DNA from: Chloroflexota bacterium | GTDB taxonomy: Bacteria > Chloroflexota > JAJPGV01 | NCBI GenBank assembly: GCA_050695655.1 | Contig: JBOGTU010000005.1 | Coordinates: forward strand, 15,637-79,636 | Direction of reading: 5' to 3' | DNA: 64,000 bases | Shown here: one piece after another, positions 1 to 9,173 of the stretch | Position numbering within the stretch: the stretch's first letter is position 1 | Layout of the letters: each line of letters starts with the position of its first letter | Notes under the pieces: model-generated | The model's input: the letters and a program-made list of their open reading frames with translations, nothing else | Database searches by the model: none | Told to the model about the DNA's origin: nothing | Made by a program: the position numbers and the translations under genes

Positions 1-370
1 GGCGTCACGGACATTGGAAGTGGCTGTCGCGAAAACGCCATCGGCAATGGAGATATTCGGCTCTCGCGACAAAATATCTCCACTTGCCGACTATTTGACG
101 TCAGAACCGCGGACAGAAAGCGGTGGCTGATCGAACTGGAACGCAGCCTGGAGGCGCCGCGAGCGTGCCTATCTTCGTGACGCCGCGTACACGAAGCTGC
201 GGCGGCTGTTGCCGCGATCCGCGGCGGCCTACAATGAGAGGGCCCTTGAGACCGCAGGCTCGCGCACCCCGCCACTCGCGCGCGACCAGCGGGTCGCCGC
301 GACAGCTGACGGTGGCCCAGCCCTGGCATGCTGCCGCGGCGGCCCGGTATCGCCACCTGGACAGCACGGG

Positions 371-1585
371 GTGCCGACCGTGACTTCAACTCGCGGGGAC
401 TTGTTGCGCGCGGCAAACGGCATCGCGGCCCAGGTGGTGGCTACGCGGCGGCGCATCCACCGGCAGCCGGAGCTGGGCTTTCAGGTGCAGGGAACGGCTG
501 GGCTGGCGGCGGAGCGCTTGCAGCAGCTGGGCCTTCAGGTGCGCACCGAAGTGGGCGGCAGTGGGGTGGTAGGGCTGCTGGAGGGCGGAGATTCCGGCGG
601 CACGGTGCTGCTGCGAGCCGACATGGATGCCCTGCCAATCCAAGAGGCGAGTGGCGTTTCGTTCGAATCGGAGCGGCCAGGTGTGATGCATGCCTGCGGG
701 CACGATGCGCACACAGCCATGCTCCTCGGTGCGGCCGAGCTCCTGGCCGAGCGGCGCGGCGCATTTGATGGCCGTATCGTGTTCATGTTCCAGCCGGCTG
801 AGGAGGTTGGCGGTGCGGATTCCGGCGCCGTGCGCATGATTGCCGCCGGCGTGCTGGACGATCCACCGGTGGATGCTGCCTTCGCTCTGCATGTGGACGC
901 CGCTTTCAGCGGGCGGGTCGCGTTGATGCCGGGGCCGGCCATGGCTTCGACCGATTCGTTCACTATCACCGTGCGTGGTTCCGGCGGGCATGCCGCCCGG
1001 CCGCAGCGCACGGTGGACCCCATCGTGGTGGGCGCGCAGATCGTGAGCGCGCTGCAAACGCTGGTGAGCCGCGAGGTGGCGCCGGAGCAGCCGGCTGTCG
1101 TGACCGTGGGCAAGTTCAGCGGCGGCAGCGCGGCCAATGTGATTCCTGATACGGCCGAGTTGCGCGGCACTATTCGCTGCTACCGGCCGAGCGTCCGCGA
1201 GCTGCTGCTGCGGCGCGTGGGCGAGCTCTCGGCCGGCATCGCCTCCGCCATGCGTGCCAGCGCTGAGTGCCTGATCAAGCCTGGCTACCCCGTGCTGGTG
1301 AACGACCCGGCCATGGTGGCCCTGGCGGCGGACACCGCGGCCGAGCTGCTCGGGCCCGAGGTGCTGGTGCCCGGCGGCCGGCTCATGGGCGGGGAAGACT
1401 TCGCCTGCGTGCTGCAGCGCGTGCCCGGCGCAATGCTGCGCCTGGGCGTGACCGATCGCGCGTGGGACACGCCGCGCCCAAAGCACAGCGCCCGTTTTGA
1501 CCTGGATGAGCGCGCTCTGCCGGCGGGTGTGGCGCTTATGGCCGGTACCGCCCTGCGCTGGTTGGAGGCACACTCAGCCACCTAG
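371..1585 (+). CDS. M20D family amidohydrolase (N-acyl-L-amino acid amidohydrolase / hippurate hydrolase-like)
   Basis: Motifs: ...RRRIHRQPELGFQVQGT... HACGHDAHTAMLLGAAELL... FQPAEE typical of peptidase M20D. ORF track begins at 209, but a GTG near 371/380 fits family N-termini better. TAG stop at 1583-1585. Confidence 0.8.
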   Translation: MPTVTSTRGDLLRAANGIAAQVVATRRRIHRQPELGFQVQGTAGLAAERLQQLGLQVRTEVGGSGVVGLLEGGDSGGTVLLRADMDALPIQEASGVSFESERPGVMHACGHDAHTAMLLGAAELLAERRGAFDGRIVFMFQPAEEVGGADSGAVRMIAAGVLDDPPVDAAFALHVDAAFSGRVALMPGPAMASTDSFTITVRGSGGHAARPQRTVDPIVVGAQIVSALQTLVSREVAPEQPAVVTVGKFSGGSAANVIPDTAELRGTIRCYRPSVRELLLRRVGELSAGIASAMRASAECLIKPGYPVLVNDPAMVALAADTAAELLGPEVLVPGGRLMGGEDFACVLQRVPGAMLRLGVTDRAWDTPRPKHSARFDLDERALPAGVALMAGTALRWLEAHSAT

Positions 1586-3505
1586 CGGCTCGTCGTGGAG
1601 CGGCGCGGTTTCTCGCAGTACGCCGCGCATGCCGCGCAGCCCCTGGCCCATGCGGGAGCGATATGCGCGCATAATGTCCTGCGCGTCGATCTGCCCCACC
1701 AGCCGGCGCGAATCGGGCGCGTCGATCACCGGCAGCCAGGGCAGGTGACGGCTGGCCAGCCGTTCGAGCGCCAGGTCCAGTGTGTCCTCGCGACCCGCGC
1801 ACACAGGATCCGTCGTCATCACCTGCTCCACCAGCACCACGGCCAGCTCGTGCGCGGCGGCCCGGGCGATGTCGCCACGGGCAATCACGCCCACCAAACG
1901 ACCATCCTGCACCACCGCCGCGGAATGGGTGCCGTTTGCTAGTGAATCCAGCACCAACTCGGCGTCGGCCAGCAGGTCGCGAGGGTGCAGCGGCCGGGGC
2001 GGCTGGCCCATGGCCTCAGCCACGGACATGCTGCCCAGCAGGGGAAAAGAGAGCTCCATCCGGTGGGCGGGCGAGTCGGCCCGCGTGGGCCGCTGGCTGG
2101 GGAACAGTGTGTCGTGCCCAACCACCCAGGTGGCGATGCCCACGGCGATCATGGCTGGCGCCAGCAGCGACAGGTTGCCGGTCATCTCGCCCACCATCAA
2201 CATCACCGCGACGGGCACATGCGAAATGCTGCCGAATACAGCCATCATGGCCACAATCACGAACGGCGCGGCAGTCAGCGGCATATCCGGAAACAACCCG
2301 GCTGTGAGGCGCCACAGCAGCGCACCCAGCAACCCACCGATCACCAGGCCGGGGCCAAAGGTGCCCGCGCTGCCACCGGAGCCGATGGTCAGGGATGTGG
2401 CCAGGATCTTGGCGAACGGCAAAAGCACCAACGCCCACAGCGGAATGGCCAGCAGCCGCGGATCCATGGCCACTTGAAGCCACCCGTAGCCCATGCCCAG
2501 CGTTTGCGGCAGCACCAGCCCGATGAGCCCCACCAGCAGGCCGCCGAGGGCCGGCTTCATCTCGCGCGGCACGGCCACCCGTTTGGTGACGCTCTCCAGC
2601 CAGCGAAAGGTACGCGCGTAGAGGATGCCCACCAGCCCTGAGCCAAGTCCCAGCGCGGCGAAGTACAGCAGCTGCAACGGCTGCTCGAACTGGAAGGCCG
2701 CCTGATCGCCAAACAGCGGTGTCCAACCGGCCCAAATGCTGAAGGTGGTGTAGCTGATCACGCTGGCTACGAGGGCAGGAATGATCACCTCGGGCTCCAG
2801 GTCGCCGGTATACAAGATCTCGGCGGCGAGCACCGCTCCGCCCAGCGGTGCGCGAAAAATGGCCGCGATGCCGGCCCCGATGCCAGCGGCCACGGCGATG
2901 CGGCGGTCATGCGCATCCAGCTTGAGGTGCCGGCCCAGTATGGAGCCAAAGGCGGCGCCGATGAGCGCCATCGGCCCCTCAGGCGCGCCGCTGCCACCCG
3001 AGCCGATGGTGATTGCCGTGGCCAGGATCTTCACCGCCGGAATGCGCCCGTCCAACGCGCGGTCCTGGTGAAAGGCCTCGATAGCCGTGTCGGTGCCATG
3101 TCCGCTGGCGTCGGGCGCGAACCAGCGCACAACCAGGCCACACAGCAGCCCGCCGAGTGCGAGGACCAGCGGCAGCGCCCAGGGCCGAGCCATGGCCACC
3201 ACTCCGTTCGTCCCCTCGCCGGCGGAATCGGGCGGCAGATAACCTATGAGCCTTCCCAGGAACAGGCTGGTTGAGACGCGAATAGCCAGCGCCAAGGCGA
3301 TAGCCGCCAGGCCGGTCAGCAAACCAATCAGCGCGGCCAGTGGCAACCAGCGGCGCAACGTTTTTTCGCTGAGCAGCCCGGAGGCCGAGGTGCCGAACCA
3401 CAGTGAGGGGTGGCCGCCACGCCCCCGCCACCAGCGCCACCACCGGGCGCCCGCTGCGCGCAGATGCGCGCCAGGATCGGGCTTGGGTGGCGCGGCGTCG
3501 GGCAC
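1574..3505 (-). CDS. ClC family H+/Cl- antiporter/chloride channel with C-terminal CBS pair
   Basis: ClC motifs: GSGGSGAPEGP (GxEGP) and AGTFGPGLVIG (GxFxP). Multiple TM helices. C-terminal tandem CBS domains (VVQDGRLVGVIARGDI...). Start codon uncertain. Confidence 0.8.
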   Translation of the reverse strand: MPDAAPPKPDPGAHLRAAGARWWRWWRGRGGHPSLWFGTSASGLLSEKTLRRWLPLAALIGLLTGLAAIALALAIRVSTSLFLGRLIGYLPPDSAGEGTNGVVAMARPWALPLVLALGGLLCGLVVRWFAPDASGHGTDTAIEAFHQDRALDGRIPAVKILATAITIGSGGSGAPEGPMALIGAAFGSILGRHLKLDAHDRRIAVAAGIGAGIAAIFRAPLGGAVLAAEILYTGDLEPEVIIPALVASVISYTTFSIWAGWTPLFGDQAAFQFEQPLQLLYFAALGLGSGLVGILYARTFRWLESVTKRVAVPREMKPALGGLLVGLIGLVLPQTLGMGYGWLQVAMDPRLLAIPLWALVLLPFAKILATSLTIGSGGSAGTFGPGLVIGGLLGALLWRLTAGLFPDMPLTAAPFVIVAMMAVFGSISHVPVAVMLMVGEMTGNLSLLAPAMIAVGIATWVVGHDTLFPSQRPTRADSPAHRMELSFPLLGSMSVAEAMGQPPRPLHPRDLLADAELVLDSLANGTHSAAVVQDGRLVGVIARGDIARAAAHELAVVLVEQVMTTDPVCAGREDTLDLALERLASRHLPWLPVIDAPDSRRLVGQIDAQDIMRAYRSRMGQGLRGMRGVLRETAPLHDEPLGG

Positions 3506-3651
3506 TATGCTAGAAGTATTGCATAAAAGAACGACCGTTCAGTTGAAATTTTTGGAGAACGCTGGAAGTTTGGCCGGAAACAGGCCGCGGCGGCCGGGTG
3601 GGGCGGGCCAGGAGCGTCGGCTCAAATCGAACGGGGTGCTGCAGGGGGTGG

Positions 3652-4293
3652 ATGGAGGGCGCTTATGGCTTTGCGCCCAAACTTCCAGCCGTGCCTAAAA
3701 CCAGCACCCAGCACGACACAGCGCGCCGCGCCCAGATCGTGGCCGCCGCGGCCGGCTGCTTCGCCCGAAGCGGCTTTGCCGCCACCACCATCCCCGACAT
3801 CGTGCGCGGGGCTGGGCTGAGCACCGGCTCCATCTACCACTACTTCAGCAGCAAGGAGCAGCTGTTTCTGGCCGTAGTGGCGGAATACGTGGCTGTATAC
3901 GATGAAGCCTTCTTCGCTGAGCTGCAGCGCCCGGGTGCACCTCTGGAGCGCCTCGAGGCCGGGTTCGTTCACCTGCAGGCGGAGCTCGCGGCGCAGTCAC
4001 CCGCGCGGGCACGCATCGCCCTGGAGCTGTGGTCGCGCGCGCACGACGTGCCAGACCTGCGCACCTGGTTAGCGGAGGCTCGCGAGCGGCGCATCGCGGC
4101 GATGGTGAGCCTGCTGAGCGAGCTGTGCGCTGCCGGTGAGCTCAGTCCCACCGAGGTGGCTGATGGCGCTGCCCGCCTCATGGCTCTGGCCGATGGCCTA
4201 GTGGTGCAGCGGGCCTGCGCCGACTTCGCCGCGCTGCCCGGCACGCCACTGGCCGCCGGTCTGCGCGGCCTGCTGGGCAGCGGAACGGGCTGA
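3652..4293 (+). CDS. TetR/AcrR family transcriptional regulator
   Basis: N-terminal HTH: RRAQIVAAAAGCFARSGFAATTIPDIVRGAGLSTGSIYHYFSSKEQLF. Divergent from the ClC gene. ORF starts at 3598; the internal ATG at 3652 is the more likely start. Confidence 0.8.
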   Translation: MEGAYGFAPKLPAVPKTSTQHDTARRAQIVAAAAGCFARSGFAATTIPDIVRGAGLSTGSIYHYFSSKEQLFLAVVAEYVAVYDEAFFAELQRPGAPLERLEAGFVHLQAELAAQSPARARIALELWSRAHDVPDLRTWLAEARERRIAAMVSLLSELCAAGELSPTEVADGAARLMALADGLVVQRACADFAALPGTPLAAGLRGLLGSGTG

Positions 4294-4456
4294 AGCCGCT
4301 CGTCGCCGGAAGTTGGCCGCAAAGCCATAAGCGGCCCTCCACCGACCCTCTGCAACAGCCACTCCGATTTGAGACGACGCTCCTACGCAACTCTGCGCGG
4401 CGGCCGCGGCATGCTTCCGGCCAAACTTCTAGGCCACAGGCATACCGAAAACAGAC

Positions 4457-4684
4457 TCACCTTCGCTGCCCGAGCACAATCTCCTCGGCCTGAATCACCG
4501 CCAGCAGGCGGTCCATCTCACGGTGCTGGAACTCATCATCCGGCAGCTGGCGGAGCAGCCCACGCGTGCGAAAGCAATCCGTATGAAAGCACAGGTCGGT
4601 GAGGCTGATGATCAGCTCGCCCGGACGGAAGCGGCAGTCACACTCAGTGCAGCGGCCGGGTGCCTGCGCGATTGCAACTCTCAT
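4457..4684 (-). CDS. small Cys-rich (putative zinc-ribbon) protein, hypothetical
   Basis: 75 aa; CTECDC...CFHTDC cysteine pattern (Cx2CxC...Cx4C). Lies in a lower-GC (~58%) islet downstream of the HEPN remnant. No recognisable family. Confidence 0.3.
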   Translation of the reverse strand: MRVAIAQAPGRCTECDCRFRPGELIISLTDLCFHTDCFRTRGLLRQLPDDEFQHREMDRLLAVIQAEEIVLGQRR

Positions 4685-4742
4685 GTTTGCGCCAGTGCTT
4701 TAGAGCTTACCCCCGTTTGGCCCAGCCCGCGCGGCAAGAGAG

Positions 4743-5117
4743 TCAGCCAGGGAGTCTGGCGGTAACGCCATCGAGGATGGCCTGATACTCGCTTGCCAGA
4801 AGCGATTCCAGATCCGAAGCTGTCACCGTGACGTCCGGCCAGTCTCGAGCACGTTCGCTTCGCTGCTTCAGTTCCAGGTAGTACCGGACGATCTCAGGCA
4901 GCTCTTGTGTCAGCAGCCGTTCTCGGACGTCGTGGCTCGTCGCCCGGCGTCGCTCCTGAATCAGATGTGTGTTGATCCGATGCAAGGCGGAGTAAAACAA
5001 CGCCGTGAGGGCCTACCGAGGCTTTCCCACTGCCAGGAGGTCGTGGCAGTCCTGCAAATCCTCTTCGGCACGGTCCCAGTACTGGCGCGCCTCGGTACTA
5101 AGCCCGCTCAGTTCCAA
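4743..5117 (-). pseudogene. HEPN domain protein (MNT-associated type toxin) disrupted by an in-frame amber codon
   Basis: Minus-strand translation 5117->4743: (L)ELSGLSTEARQYWDRAEEDLQDCHDLLAVGKPR*ALTALFYSALHRINTHLIQERRRATSHDVRERLL... This aligns with classic HEPN (TM0613-like: EARRWLRQAEEDLRAAEILLENGFYAPACFHAQQAVEKALKALL...KTHNLLEL), including the Rx4H motif (RRATSH). TAG at 5013-5015 occupies the position of the conserved Tyr (TAC/TAT->TAG). The ORF track shows only the 85-aa C-terminal piece (4743..5000). Confidence 0.55.
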
Positions 5118-5120
5118 TGC

Positions 5121-5510
5121 TCAGCGGCGGTCGAACAGGACTTCACCCTGGTGAGCGGCCATCATCCTGCTCCTCGACCACTCGCCGGACACCTCGCTCA
5201 GATTGAGCAGCTGAAATTCGACCCGGTCATCGACGTTCGAGAGCCACGCCAGCCAAACATCAATGACTGCCAGCTCGTGCGCAGACTTGTCTTCTGCCGC
5301 GTCGACGTAGACGGCAAGGATGCGGTCGTCTGGCTCGTAGGTTACGAGCTTGACGGATGGGTCAGACTCCCCAAGCGCGGCGCCCAGCTTCATCAACCGC
5401 TTGTGATCGGCGGGGGTCAGCCGCGTCCTTGCCAGAGCTTTGCCAGCCATCACAGCAAAGTATGGCAGGCTCAGGGTCGTAGGCACACCGGAAGTTGGGC
5501 GCTTGGCCAA
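5121..5510 (-). CDS. hypothetical protein immediately upstream of HEPN remnant (possible degenerate partner/antitoxin)
   Basis: 129-aa ORF. Its stop TGA (5121-5123) lies 3 nt from the TTG start of the HEPN reading frame. It lacks the canonical MNT GSx9-13DxD motif (only LGES...YEPDDRILAV). Same lower-GC islet. Confidence 0.35.
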   Translation of the reverse strand: MAKRPTSGVPTTLSLPYFAVMAGKALARTRLTPADHKRLMKLGAALGESDPSVKLVTYEPDDRILAVYVDAAEDKSAHELAVIDVWLAWLSNVDDRVEFQLLNLSEVSGEWSRSRMMAAHQGEVLFDRR

Positions 5511-5537
5511 AAGGATCGCTGAGAGGGCACTCCGCGA

Positions 5538-6551
5538 TTACTCCTTTGGCGGCACCTTGCGGGCTCGGCTGGGCGCTACACGCGGCGGCTCGCCGGGCAT
5601 CTTCGGATATACCGGTGGCCAGGGCGCATCCGGCAGCCCCGCGGCGGTATCACGCTCGTGCATGGCCAGGAGCGAGTCCAGCGTCTGCGGCGACATCTTG
5701 GCCCACGGGTCGCCCGCGGCTTGTGCCCGCTCCGGCACAGTCGCCATGGTCAGCGCGTTGGGCTCGATCGCGTCCAGCTCGCCCCAGCCGAACGGCGTTG
5801 ATACTTGTGCCCCGGGCCGGGCCCGTACTGACCAGGCGCCGAAGATGGTCTTGTGTGGCGCGTTCTGGTTGTAGTCGATGAACACGCGCCGGCCGCGCTC
5901 CTCCTTCCACCAGGCCGCGGTCATGAGCTCCGGCCGGCGGCGCTCCAGCTCGCGGGCAACCGCAACGGCCGCGTTGCGCACCTGGTAGGACGTCCAGCGG
6001 GGCTGGAGGCGAAGGTAGACGTGAATGCCCCGGTTGCCAGTGGTTTTGGGCATCGCACTCAGCCCGTGCTCCTCAAACAGCCGGCGCACCTCACCGGCCG
6101 CCTCCTGGACCATGGCGAAGGTGACTCCGGGTGACGGGTCGAGGTCGATGCGCAGCTCGTCCGCGTGCTCCGGGTCTTCCGCGTGGGAAGGCCAGACGTG
6201 GAAGCCAATGCAGCCCAGGTTGACCGCCCAGATCACATGGGCCAGATCGGCCGCGACGAGCGCGTCGGATGTAGTGCCATTGGGCGTGCTGACGATTGCC
6301 GTTTGGAGCCATTCCGGCCGCGACTCCGGGACGCGCTTCTGGAAGAAAGAGGGGCCGCCTGCTCCGTTCGGGAAGCGCTGGAGGAGAATCGGGCGGCCCT
6401 GCATCGCGCGGAGCAGTGGCTGCGCGACGGCCTGGTAGTAGCGGACGAGATCCAGCTTGGTTTCGCCCCGCTCGGGGAAGAAGACCTTGCTGGCGTTGGT
6501 GATGGCGATCTCATGCCCAGCGGCTTCGACCAGAACTGTGCCGTCAGCCAT
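5538..6551 (-). CDS. ligD: NHEJ DNA polymerase/primase domain protein (LigD PolDom, stand-alone)
   Basis: Motifs: VFFPERGETKLDLVRYYQAVAQPLL...FFQKRVP...HVWPSHAEDPEHADELRIDLDP...TGNRGIHVYLRL...RVFIDYNQNAPHKTIFGAWSVRARPGAQVSTP. These match the LigD polymerase domain. No ligase or nuclease domain in the ORF. Confidence 0.85.
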   Translation of the reverse strand: MADGTVLVEAAGHEIAITNASKVFFPERGETKLDLVRYYQAVAQPLLRAMQGRPILLQRFPNGAGGPSFFQKRVPESRPEWLQTAIVSTPNGTTSDALVAADLAHVIWAVNLGCIGFHVWPSHAEDPEHADELRIDLDPSPGVTFAMVQEAAGEVRRLFEEHGLSAMPKTTGNRGIHVYLRLQPRWTSYQVRNAAVAVARELERRRPELMTAAWWKEERGRRVFIDYNQNAPHKTIFGAWSVRARPGAQVSTPFGWGELDAIEPNALTMATVPERAQAAGDPWAKMSPQTLDSLLAMHERDTAAGLPDAPWPPVYPKMPGEPPRVAPSRARKVPPKE

Positions 6552-6686
6552 TGTGGGGTCGCCTGAGCCGCTCAACCGTGCCGGCTTCAAATTCACACGG
6601 CTGAACCGGTGTGCTGCCTGCCATCGTGCTTCAGCTTAGCTGGTGGCGCGGCCACGATCGCCCAAACGGCCCGCGAGCTGCCGGAG

Positions 6687-8177
6687 TTACCCCTCGGCCA
6701 TCACCTGCGCGACCGCGCTTTCGATGGCTGTCCCTTCAAAGAACGCGGGGTTCATGCTGGCGTGCAGGCGGAGCGGGTTGGTGAACGTCATCTCGCGTAC
6801 GTCTTGCTCGGACATGAGGCCATGCTCCACCATCTCCCACACCTCCGGCAGCACATCGGTGAAGTCCGTCACGTCCCAGTGGCCGACATCCGAGCCCAGC
6901 ATAGCCTTCAACCGGCCCGGCATGCGCGGGTCGAAGGCCCAGGCATTGCCGGCATCGTCGGCCTCGCAGCCAAAGTAGAAGTTGCGCGTGAAGAGGTCGA
7001 TCAGCTCGCGCTTGGAGCTCACCTCAAGGCGGGCGTAATCATCGAGCGATTCCGTCTCGCGTTCCACCAGGTCTGTCAGCTGGAGTGCGGCCAGGGTCTC
7101 ATCAGCCTTGCTTCTCAGGGCCGCGTAGCCGTAGCGGTCGAACAGCTCGCGCAGCCGGCTGGTGTCCAGATTTGTCGGCTTGAGGTGCTGCTCCATGGCG
7201 GCGAAGTGTCGCTTCTCCCAGCCTCCCACCAGGTTGCACAGAAGCTCCACGCCAAAAGCAACGCCCCCCTCCAGAAACGAGAAGGTGAGCGTTGGGAAGC
7301 GCCGCACCACGCCGCCGAGGAACAGCGCCTTGGCCAGCGGCGCATGCGAATCCGCGGCATGGCCCAAGCGGTTGAATTCGCCATTGCTCACGGAGAGGCG
7401 GTTGAACCAGCCGTTGCTGCCCTGGTGCACCGTCACCGCGACGCCCAGCTCCAGGCAGCGCTGCCACAGCGGGTCGTAATCCCAGGGGTTGTCGAGGCCC
7501 AGGGCATCCACGTAGTACGGCACGCCGGCCAGCGCGCCCGCGTCCCTGGCATAGGCCGGGATGGGCCGCTGCAGCGAACCTTTGAAGCTGGCGGCCTTCA
7601 GGCCCAGCTCACCGTGTGCATGATTCAGCTCCTCAATCGCCTCCTGGGGGCTGTGGCAGGGGATGAGCGCGGCGGGCGTGAGGCGGTACTTGTAAGGAGC
7701 GAACACATCCGCAACCATGTTGTTGTAGGCGCGGCACAACGCGCGCCGAAGGTCCTCGCGCGCCATGGTATTGGCAGCCAGGCAGCGCGTGGGGTAGATC
7801 ACGCCGTAGTCGATGCCCAGCTCGTCCATGCGCTCGGCCAGCAGGCCCGGCAGCATGCTGCTGGCGAAATCGAGCGTGTTGCCGGTGGTGATCCACCAGT
7901 TGCCCCGGCCAAGGCGCCTGGCCCGGCGCTCCTCCCAGCTGGCCTGGTACCAAGCTCCACGCCGCCCTTGCACTTGCCGGTACTCTTCGGCCATGTCGCC
8001 GCCGGCCACCGCGCGCAGGTAGTCCACCAGCACGGGAATGGACTCGATCCAGTGCCCGTCGCCGTCCAGAATGGGATGATTCAGCTGTTGGCGGATGCGC
8101 GCCGCGTCGCCAGTTGCCACGGTTCTCTGCCCTCCGCCTGCATGTTGCCGGCTCCCGCGGCGGGAGCCGCGAGCCAT
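6687..8177 (-). CDS. amidohydrolase 2 family (PF04909-like) metal-dependent hydrolase
   Basis: HPILDGDGHWIE near the N-terminus and MLGSDVGHWDVTDF near the C-terminus, typical of Amidohydro_2. The ORF track extends to 8285 with implausible N-terminal residues. Start at 8177 (M) or 8120 (V). Confidence 0.7.
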   Translation of the reverse strand: MARGSRRGSRQHAGGGQRTVATGDAARIRQQLNHPILDGDGHWIESIPVLVDYLRAVAGGDMAEEYRQVQGRRGAWYQASWEERRARRLGRGNWWITTGNTLDFASSMLPGLLAERMDELGIDYGVIYPTRCLAANTMAREDLRRALCRAYNNMVADVFAPYKYRLTPAALIPCHSPQEAIEELNHAHGELGLKAASFKGSLQRPIPAYARDAGALAGVPYYVDALGLDNPWDYDPLWQRCLELGVAVTVHQGSNGWFNRLSVSNGEFNRLGHAADSHAPLAKALFLGGVVRRFPTLTFSFLEGGVAFGVELLCNLVGGWEKRHFAAMEQHLKPTNLDTSRLRELFDRYGYAALRSKADETLAALQLTDLVERETESLDDYARLEVSSKRELIDLFTRNFYFGCEADDAGNAWAFDPRMPGRLKAMLGSDVGHWDVTDFTDVLPEVWEMVEHGLMSEQDVREMTFTNPLRLHASMNPAFFEGTAIESAVAQVMAEG

Positions 8178-8184
8178 TATGCAC

Positions 8185-9147
8185 TCAGCGCCGGGGGCGG
8201 TCCTGCCGGCGCGAGCGCCGGGCAAAGGGTGACAGGGAGCCCAGCAGGCGGGGCCGCAGCTCGGATGTGGGTGGCAGCGTGCCATCCATCAGTTGGCGGC
8301 GCGTGCTTTGCCAGCTCTCCAGCGCGGCCGTGCACTGTTGCTGGTACGCCTCCAGCGCCGGCTCGCCTTCCGCCAGCAGGCGGCTCAGCTTCTGCAATTC
8401 CTTGGCCGCATCCTCTAACGCGGCGCGCAGGCTTTCGCTGTTCCGTGCGATATTCCACCGCGCAATGGCGCCCAGCTCGTCATTCACCGTCTCCAGCTCG
8501 GCCAGGCCGCGGCCGCTCAAACGCCCCACTTCGCGCCAGGTGGGCGCGCCCACCAGTCCGTGCAGGAGCCCCTCCAGCACCAGGCGTGGCAGCAGCTCGC
8601 TGGCGCTCAGCAGACCATCGTGCTCCTGGGCGGTCGTGAAATAGGGCTGCGCGCCGAATCCGCGCACCAGGGCGCTCATGGTGTCCAGCGCCGCTGCCTC
8701 CGCCCGCGGGGTCGCGTCCAGGCAATAGACAGCGCCGCGCAGCGCCTGTGCCGATGCGTCCGCCGCGGGCAGCCTTGCGTGGTCGATCACGGGGCGGCCG
8801 GCGAGAAAGTGCACGCTCTCCGGCAGCACCTCGGCGGCGGTCGTGGCTGGCGCCATCCACAAGCTCGTGCTGCTCACCACGGCGCCCGGCTCGAATGCCT
8901 GGCGCAGGCCGCGGAGCAGCCCCGGCAGCACGTCGTCGGGCACCGCCAGCAGCGTAACCGCCGCCCCCTCAACCACGTCTCGCGCGCCGCGCGCAAGCGC
9001 CTGTACGGCGCCGTGCGCCAGCGCTGCCTGGGCGTTTTCGGGGTGGGCATCGTAGCCGGTCACCGTCTCGAACAGCTGACTGGCGCGCGCGGCCAGGCCG
9101 AGTGCCGTGCCCAGGTAGCCCAGGCCAACGATCGCCAGCTTTGCCAT
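8185..9147 (-). CDS. tyrA: prephenate/arogenate dehydrogenase
   Basis: MAKLAIVGLGYLGTALGLAA Rossmann N-terminus, LAVPDDVLPGLL, VHFLAGRPV. The ORF track extends to 9654 with ~170 aa of low-complexity junk. ATG at 9145-9147. Confidence 0.7.
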   Translation of the reverse strand: MAKLAIVGLGYLGTALGLAARASQLFETVTGYDAHPENAQAALAHGAVQALARGARDVVEGAAVTLLAVPDDVLPGLLRGLRQAFEPGAVVSSTSLWMAPATTAAEVLPESVHFLAGRPVIDHARLPAADASAQALRGAVYCLDATPRAEAAALDTMSALVRGFGAQPYFTTAQEHDGLLSASELLPRLVLEGLLHGLVGAPTWREVGRLSGRGLAELETVNDELGAIARWNIARNSESLRAALEDAAKELQKLSRLLAEGEPALEAYQQQCTAALESWQSTRRQLMDGTLPPTSELRPRLLGSLSPFARRSRRQDRPRR

Positions 9148-9173
9148 TGAACGTGGATGGTAGCATCGGGTGA

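Noticed and set aside
3506-3651. TetR operator palindrome
   Set aside because: Only a weak 5-bp inverted repeat (tatgc-N10-gcata) in the AT-richer divergent promoter region. Too short to call.
5121-5510. Calling the 129-aa protein a minimal nucleotidyltransferase (MNT) antitoxin
   Set aside because: Lacks the hG[GS]x9-13DxD catalytic signature. Only a loose LGES...YEPDDRILAV resemblance, so left as hypothetical.
6609-8639. 676-aa plus-strand ORF
   Set aside because: Antisense to the amidohydrolase and tyrA genes. Gly/Ala/Arg-rich with no domain signatures; typical high-GC antisense artefact.
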